Assembly: GCA_002269645.1 (NCBI GenBank)
Contig: NIVC01002010.1
Coordinates: forward strand, 1-35,124
Direction: 5' to 3'
DNA from: Macrostomum lignano
Lineage: Eukaryota
Length of the DNA stretch: 35,124 bases
The notes beneath the pieces are model-generated. The model worked only from the letters and a program-made list of their open reading frames with translations. It was not told the origin of the DNA and ran no database searches. The translations under genes were made by a program, and so were the position numbers. Positions 23,272 through 32,200 of the stretch are shown piece by piece. Every line of letters starts with the position of its first letter. The first letter of the stretch is position 1.

Positions 23272-26200
23272 GTAAGCTACGGTATTTTCTGTTTTTTTTT
23301 CAACTTTCGTTTAGTGTTAATTCCTGCTATTTATAAATGGAAGTGCTTATTGCAGATATAGATCTATTTTTTTTCAGGGGGCTAGGGGCTAACATACACA
23401 CTATATGTTATTCCTTATAATAAATAATAGTATTATTAGTATTTTAGCAAACAAGAATTGATAGATTCAACAATAAGTATCTATTCAATAAAATTATATT
23501 AAATCAGACAAGCCTTAGAGGTTAATTAGTATTTTATGATAAAGTATTTTGGCAAAAATAATAGATAGACTCAAGAACAAGCATCTATTATTTTATATAT
23601 TTGATAATATTATTTGATTTGATAGGTCGTAGATTTATAGATTTATAAAGTTTTTGTTTTTCCTCATGTTTTGTAAGTTATTATATAAGTTCATAATCTC
23701 TATTTGAATAAATTATCTAAGTCCAATCCAATAATTCTTAAGTTGAGAATAAAATAAAATATCTTTAACTAAGACTTAAATTGTGTGACTATTATATAAA
23801 TAAGTTGCAATATTTTTATACTATCTACTATAGAAATATTTTAGTATATGAAAATTATTGCATTCAGTAAAAGTTTTAGATCTCAAAAAGGGTTTTTATT
23901 CATTTTATTCATAATTGGATATTAAAAAACTAGTTTAAAAGATGATTTTATTTGAAAATTTATTCAATATTTTTGCAAAATTTAAATATTATTGATAAAA
24001 TTATATTAAGCTGTAATTCTTAAGCTGTAATTAAATTCTATACCTTTCTTAGTAATTTTTATACCTATTTATTATAAATATTAATGCCTGTCTATTTTTA
24101 GTTACTGTTTGCAATATCTAATTGGATGATTTTTTGCTTTGTTTTGTAGATAACACCAATGAAATTGAAGCACAGCAGTTCTTCAAGGCAAACTATTCAC
24201 TTATATTTTTCCTATTCTATGACTTCTTTATTCAAGTTGAAGCTGAGTTGAAGCAAAGAGGTAATTCATTTATTAATTTTTTTCTGATCTAGTGTTATTC
24301 ATTAAAATTAAAAAATTGGGACTTTTTCCATTTCTTCTTACTAGTGAACAAGGCCCACAAAGAAGAGCTAGAATCTGCAATTTGTATTTTTGAGGTAATT
24401 ATTATCTTCAAAGTAAGTATAACTAACAAGTAACATAACTAATCTATCAGCAGCCTAGCCCACCCAACTAGTCACTCAATAGCCTGACCCACCCAGCAGC
24501 CTGACCCACCCAGCAGCCTGACCCACCCGGTCACTCACCAGCCTGACTCAACCAGTCACCAGCAGCCTGACCTACCCAGTCACCAGCAGCCTGACCCACC
24601 CAGTCACCAGCAGCCTGACCCACCCAGTCACCAGCAGCCTGACCCACCCAGTCACCAGCAGCCTGACCCACCCAATCACCAGCAGCCTGACCCAACCCAC
24701 CCAGCAGCCTGACCCACCCAGTCACCAGCAGCCTGACCCACCCAGTCACCAGCAGCCTGACCCAACCCACCCAGCAGCCTGACCCACCCAGCAGCCTGAC
24801 CCACCCAGTCACCAGCAGCCTGACCCACCCAGTCACCAGCAGCCTGACCCACCCAGTCACCAGCAGCCTGACCCAACCCACCCAGCAGCCTGACCCACCC
24901 AGCAGCCTGACCCACCCAGTCACCAGCAGCCTGACCCACCCAGTCACCAGCAGCCTGACCCACCCAGTCACCAGCAGCCTGACCCACCCAGCAGCCTGAC
25001 CCACCCAGCAGCCTGACCCACCCAGCAGCCTGACCCACCCAGTCACCAGCAGCCTGACCCACCCAGTCACCAGCAGCCTGACCCACCCAGCAGCCTGACC
25101 TACCCAGTCACCAGCAGCCTGACCCACCCAGTCACCAGCAGCCTGACCTACCCAGTCACCAGCAGCCTGACCCACCCAGTCACCAGCAGCCTGACCTACC
25201 CAGTCACCAGCAGCCTGACCCACCCAGTCACCAGCAGCCTGACCCACCCAGTCACCAGCAGCCTGACCCACCCAGCAGCCTGACCTGAATGGCTTCTGAC
25301 TTCCCTGTGTGGCCTCTCACCCGCAGAAAATCCTCATCTTCCTGCCCGAGCTGATTCGCCGCCGCTGGCAGTTCCACTGCATCGGCCGGCTGCTCTCCAA
25401 GCTGCTGCACTCGCAGAACGCCCTGCGCACCAGGAAGGATGGCGTCCGGCTGTTCATCATGTTCTACCAGATCATGGGCTGCGGCGATGAGCCCGCGCCA
25501 AACGAGTGCCATCGAATGTTCGCCGCCCTGGTGCCTCAGCTGGCCAGCGATCTCACCCCGGAGCAGTGTCCGCTGTCCGGCGGAGCCTTCGCTGTCGCCT
25601 TCGCCGGCACCCGGCCACCCAGATCGCCAAACAACAGCAGCGGCGGCGGTGAGCACCACCATCAGGTAAGAGAATTGGCTGTGGCTGCCGCCTTTGAATA
25701 TCAATATACTGATGCTGATTCTATAAATAGTGTATTAGTCTGTCTGTCTGTCTGTTTATCTGTGTGTCTGTCTGTCCTATACAGCGCTGTATTCACATCC
25801 CGCTATGCACTACCGCACAGCTCAACAATCTCACTCTCACCCCAACCAGTGCGGCGGAGGCGGCGTGAACCCCGTCGAGCTCAGTCCCATGCTGTCCAAG
25901 ACGTCCGCGCCAGAGTCAGAGACTCCAAAGGATCAAACCGAGGATCTGCTGGACCACCTGCTCACTTGCATAGTCAGCGAGACGCACAAGATCCTATGGG
26001 AGCAGGACTGCCACCGCCAGCACAGGGACTGCTTCGCCTACCTGTTTCGCAGCTTCCAGCGTTATTACATTGACGCGCTGTTTCCTCGGCTAAACCGTCA
26101 GTTCAGCATCTACGACTCCAGGCAGCTGGTCATTGCCGAGGTGGACGACTGGAAGCGGGTGCTCAGCGAGTACGGCAAGTTCGGCGAAGTCAGGCTTCTG

Positions 26201-29200
26201 CAGGGCTCCCTCTATCCGTACCAGACGGTTGTGCTCAACTGGCTCACTCGGTTTGTTATTGTCCACAAGGAGGAGGCGGCTGGACGCAACGGGTATGTGG
26301 GATTTGTGCAGGGTGCGATAATATGGTTGGATTTGTGAAGGGTGAGATAATCCGGTTGGATTTATGTAGGTTGGGATAATCCGGTCGTATTTGTGAAGGG
26401 TGTGTCATCAGTGAATCTCAGGGAGGGATCAGGAGTGAATATCAGGGGATCAGGAGTAAATCTCAGGGAGGGATCAGGAGTGAATCTCAGGGAGGGATCA
26501 GGAGTGAATCTCAGGGAAGGATCAGGAGTGAATCTCAGGGAGGGATCAGGAGTGAATATCAGGGGATCAGGAGTGAATCTCAGGGGGATCAGGAGTGAAT
26601 CTCAGGGAGGGATCAGGAGTGACTCTCAGGGAGGGATCAGGAGTGAATCTCAGGGAAGGATCAGGAGTGAATCTCAGGGAAGGATCAGGAGTGAATTTCA
26701 GGGAAGGATCAGAATTAAATCTCAGGTGGATCAGAATTGAATCTCAGGGGGATCAGAATTGAATCTCAGGGGGATCAGGAGTGAATTTCAGGGGGATCAG
26801 GAGTGAATTTCAGGGGGTCAGGAGTGAAAAGCAGGAAGGGATTAGAAGTAAATCTCAGGGAGGGATCAGGACGAATAAAATATTAAAGTATACCTGAAAC
26901 AGCTGTCCATAAATCGCCTCATAAAAATCTCCATCGCCCGCAGCAAGCAGCAGCGAGACAAAGACCACACAGCTTCTAACGCTTCCGCCGGTTCCGCGTT
27001 GACAACTTCCGGCGGAACCGGATCGGCCGCCGGGGAAGCTTCCGCTGGCGGCTCGGCCGCATCGGCAGCTGGCAGTTCCGGCGGAGGCGGCGGCGCTTCC
27101 TCGTCTATTGGCGGCGGAAGCAGCGGCGTCGGCGGCAGCAGCGGCGCCTCGGCGACCGACTCGGCGGGCTGTTGCGACCAAGCCGACGCGGCCGACGCCG
27201 CCGCTGTGCACGCCGCCGCCGTTCACGCCGCGGCCGCTGGCGCCATGCTCCCTGACGAAGTGCCAGGCAGCAACGCCAGCACGCTGTCCAGCCAGAACAC
27301 CAACAACTCGGACCCCAACGATCCCGGTGGGGCCGCCTCAGCTGCGGCGGGCGGCGCGGCCTCGAGCTCCCTGCAGCACCGGTTCACCGACACTCAGATC
27401 GCCAACGTGCGCGATGTTCTTTATAGCAGGCGATCGAGCGTTAATCTGGTGCACGAGCTGTTTAGGCAGGCTTTCCTATTCCCTATTGAGTTCCATCACA
27501 CCATTCGTTCGGTGGTTGCAGCTTATGACAGCTGGCTGAGCGCCAAGGGCTCAAAGCGGCCGCCGTTTATGATGGAGCCGCAGCTGCCGAATCCGGCCTT
27601 GGATCCGGGGATCGCGCAGAGCGCCAGCGAGCACCAGATGCTGGTGAGGGAGCGTCGCGTCATTAGGCGCCACGATTTGTTCGAGAGTGCCTTCTGCTGC
27701 CAATGCAAGAAGTTTCTAGTGGTTTTAGGATCTCCAGTGACTCAAAAGTGGTCCAGAGTGATTCATTGATCTGCAGAGTGACTCAATAGTGTCCAGAGTG
27801 ATTCATTGATCTGCAGAGTGACTCAATAGTGTCCAGAGTGATTCATTGATCTGCAGAGTGACTCAATAGTGTCCAGAGTGATTCATTGATCTGCAGAGTG
27901 ACTCAGTAGTGTCCAGAGTGATTCATTGATCTGCAGAGTGACTCAATAGTGTCCAGAGTGATTCAAGAATCTCCAGAGTGACTCAATAGTGTCCAGAGTG
28001 ATTCAAGAATCTCCAGAGTGACTCAATAGTGTCCAGAGTGATTCAAGAATCTCCAGAGTGACTCAATAGTGTCCAGAGTGATTTATTGATCTCCAGAGTG
28101 ACTCAATAGTGTCCAGAGTGATTCATTGATCTGCAGAGTGACTCAATAGTGTCCAGAGTGATTAATTGATCTGCAGAGTGACTCAATAGTGTCCAGAGTG
28201 ATTCATTGATCTGCAGAGTGACTCAATAGTGTCCAGAGTGATTCAAGAATCTCCAGAGTGACTCAATAGTGTCCAGAGTGATTCATTGATCTGCAGAGTG
28301 ACTCAATAGTGTCCAGAGTGATTCATTGATCTGCAGAGTGACTCAATAGTGTCCAGAGTGATTAATTGATCTGCAGAGTGACTCAATAGTGTCCAGAGTG
28401 ATTCAAGAATCTCCAGAGTGACTCAATAGTGTCCAGAGTGATTCAAGAATCTCCAGAGTGACTCAATAGTGTCCAGAGTGATTTATTGATCTCCAGAGTG
28501 ACTCAATAGTGTCCAGAGTGATTCAAGAATCTCCAGAGTGACTCAATGGTGTCCAGAGTGATTAATTGATCTGCAGAGTGACTCAATAGTGTCCAGAGTG
28601 ATTCATTGATCTGCGGAGTGACTCAATAGTGTCCAGAGTGATTGATTGATCTGCAGAGTGACTCAATAGTGTCCAGAGTGATTCATTGATCTGCAGAGTG
28701 ACTCAGTAGTGTCCAGAGTGATTCATTGATCTGCGGAGTGACTCAATGGTGTCCAGAGTGATTAATTGATCTGCAGAGTGACTCAATAGTGTCCAGAGTG
28801 ATTCATTCATCTGCGGAGTGACTCAATAGTGTCCAGAGTGATTGATTGATCTCCAGAGTGACTCGGATCAGTAGTGTCTAAAGTGATTCAAGGGTCTACA
28901 GAGTGACTCAAGATTCCCATCATTACCCACCAGCCGCAGCCCGAGGAGGACGCGCGGAGCTCGCACACACCGCCCAGCGAGTCCTCGCCAGGCCGGCGGT
29001 CGGTGCGCAGCGACTCCTACCTGACTGCCGTTGTAGATGACGAGTCTGGCGGGCAAGCCGCCGCAGCTCCTGTGGAAGCCGGTTATCACTGCATTGTACA
29101 GGTGCGCGCCACTGTTGCATCATTCACTTGACTGAAGCCTGACTCAGCCGTAGCAGCCTTCCACCACCTTCCCACATCTGACCATATTTGGTAGCCGTAT

Positions 29201-32200
29201 TCTGCAGTATGGCTTCCATTTTCATTATGCTTCACTGCCGGCTTGCACTCTCAGATCCTCAGTTGCTGGGCCAGCCTCCCAGATCCTCAGTTGCTCGGCC
29301 AGCCTCCCAGATCCTCAGTTGCTGGGCCAGCCTCCCAGATCCTCAGTTGCTGGGCCAGCCTCCCAGATCCTGTTGCTGGACCAGCCTCCCAGATCCTCAG
29401 GTTTTGAACTACCTCGTCTGGATACCTAAAACCTCGGTGCTACTCGCTGAGCTGTCAATCAAACAACCCTTTGTACGCACTCCCGTCCCAGGTGTTCTTC
29501 AGCAACTCGGCCAGCGTGTTTTTCGTTCCAACCCGCGAGCCGCTACAGCGCAAGGACCTCCTGTCGGTCGCACAGAAGATTCTGCAGATGCTGCGCCACG
29601 CCGTCATTCACATGCAGCAGGCCATGGCCCGCATGGCCAACACCACCTCTCATGACGCGCTCATGCAGCTGTACAACCTGCAGCAGCCCACCTGGTAGGC
29701 CTCCAACATTCCGTCTAGAGCAGCAGCCCCCTGTCTTCTTTCATCAGTGATTAGTGAGATTAGCAAGCCCCTCTATTTCTTAATCCTTGAATGGCCAGAT
29801 TAGCAATCCATTCTACTCCTTCATCCATGATTGGCTAGATTAGCAATCCACTCTATTCCTTCATCCATGATTGGCTAGATTAGCAATCCACTCTATTCCT
29901 TCATCCATGATTGGCTAGATTAGCAATCCACTCTATTCCTTCATCCATGATTGGCTAGATTAGCAATCCCCTCTATTTCTTAATCCAGGATTGGCTAGAT
30001 TAGCAATCCACTCTATTCCTTCATCCATGAATGGCTAGATTAGCAATCCACTCTATTCCTTCATCCATGATTGGCTAGATTAGCAATCCACTCTATTCCT
30101 TCATCCATGATTGGCTAGATTAGCAATCCACTCTATTCCTTCATCCATGATTGGCTAGATTAGCAATCCCCTCTATTTCTTAATCCAGGATTGGCTAGAT
30201 TAGCAATCCACTCTATTCCTTCATCCATGAATGGCTAGATTAGCAATCCACTCTATTCCTTCATCCATGATTGGCTAGATTAGCAATCCACTCTATTCCT
30301 TCATCCATGATTGGCTAGATTAGCAATCCCCTCTATTTCTTAATCCAAGATTGGCTAGATTAGCAATCCACTCTATTCCTTCATCCATGAATGGCTAGAT
30401 TAGCAATCCACTCTATTCCTTCATCCATGATTGGCTCGATAAGCAGTTCACTATCGGTACTTTCGATAAGATCTTGAATGTTATAATGGAATAGCATGTG
30501 AATTTCCTCACATTCACACATTCATATGCACCCAGGAACCAGCTGTTGAACGTGCTGTTCACGATCGCCAGCAAGCTCTACTCCAACCCCAGATCGGAAG
30601 ATTCCGTAGCCGCCATGATTGCTAACAACTTTTTGCAGGTTTGCTTTCTGAGATCCTACATTTTAACTGTTTGTCTGTGCTGAAATATTAGTCTTGCCAG
30701 ATTGCATTGCGGACTCGCGCAGCTAACAGAGTTGAATCTGGTTTGTTGGGTCCGCCATGCGCGTTTTATTTATTTACTCTGGCATAGATCAGCATTCCGG
30801 ATGAAGCGGTGATAGCCAATGCCTCGTTGTGTTCAAAGTATGCAAGCTTTGGGGCGACCGACACCGCTTACACATCAGTTGGGCTCGGGGAAAAAGGATG
30901 AATTTACGGTGTAAGTGAGTAAGTAGTGAATGAGTGAGTGAGCAATGAGGGAGTGAGTGAGTGATTGAGGGAGTGAGTGAGGGAGTAGTGAGCAAGTGAG
31001 TGAGTGGTGAGTGAGTAGTGAGTGAGTGAGTGAGTAGTGAGTGAGTGGTGAGTGAGTAGTGAGTGAGTGAGTGAGTAGTGAGTGAGTGAGGGAGTGAGTG
31101 AGTAGTGAGTGAGTGAGGGAGTGATTGAGTAGTGAGTGAGTGAGTAGTGAGTGAGTGAGTGAGTGAGTAGTGAATGTGAGTGAGTGAGTGAGTGAGTGAG
31201 TAGTGAATGTGAGTGAGTGAGTGAGTGAGTGAGTGAGTGAGTGAATGTGAGTGAGTGAGTGAGTGAGTGTGTGAGTGAGTGAGTGAGTGAGCAAGTGAGT
31301 GAGTGAGCGATGGCTCGAGAATGAGTTAAAAGGGTGAGTGAGTGAGTGAGTAGTGAATGTGAGTGAGTGAGTGAGTGAGTGAGTGAGTGAGTGAGTGAGT
31401 GAGCAAGTGAGTGAGTGAGTGAGTGAGTGAGTGAGTGAGTGAGTGAGTGAGCAAGTGAGTGAGTGAGCGATGGCTTGAGAATGAGTTAAAAGGGTGAGTG
31501 AGTGAGTGAGTAGTGAATGTGAGTGAGTGAGTGAGTGAGTGAGTGAGTGAGTGAACAAGTGAGTGAGTGAGTGAGTGAGTGAGCAAGTGAGTGAGTGAGC
31601 GATGGCTCAAAAAGAGTTAAACGGGTGAGTGAGTGAGTTAGAGTTACCGTGAGAAAGATGATTTGGGTAAACACGAGTAGTTATTAAAGTGCCAATAACT
31701 AAGACAACTAATTACGAATGCAAATTATGACTCCCACGCAGACGCTGTTCACCACCTGGCTGTACGCGCTGCACTACTCCAACATCAGCGATTGCATGTG
31801 GGACCGCCTGGTCGAAGTGCTGTCCAAGCTGACTCGCTGGAGTCCGCTTATTATCGAGTGGAATGTGAGCACAGACTAATTGTAGGTACGTCCGATGCGC
31901 AACCCGATCAACCCATTCGCCCTCTGAAAACAATTGCAGAAAACCCTGGAATTCTGCACTAAAAAGTTGGCCAGCGACGTCTACAAGCTGGACTTGCAGA
32001 ACCTGCCGATGGACCGGCTGGTTTCCGGGCCGAAACGCGTCAAGCGGAAAGGTCTGCTACAAGCATTTGGTTCTCAATTTTGAACTCAACTCAAAGTGTT
32101 TGCATGTGTCCCGTCATTTCCTGCGCTTTTTTCTGCTTTTTCTACAGAGAAAGACAGAAGCCGCGGAGGCGGAGGCAGCAGCCACGGCACCCCGCAGCGG

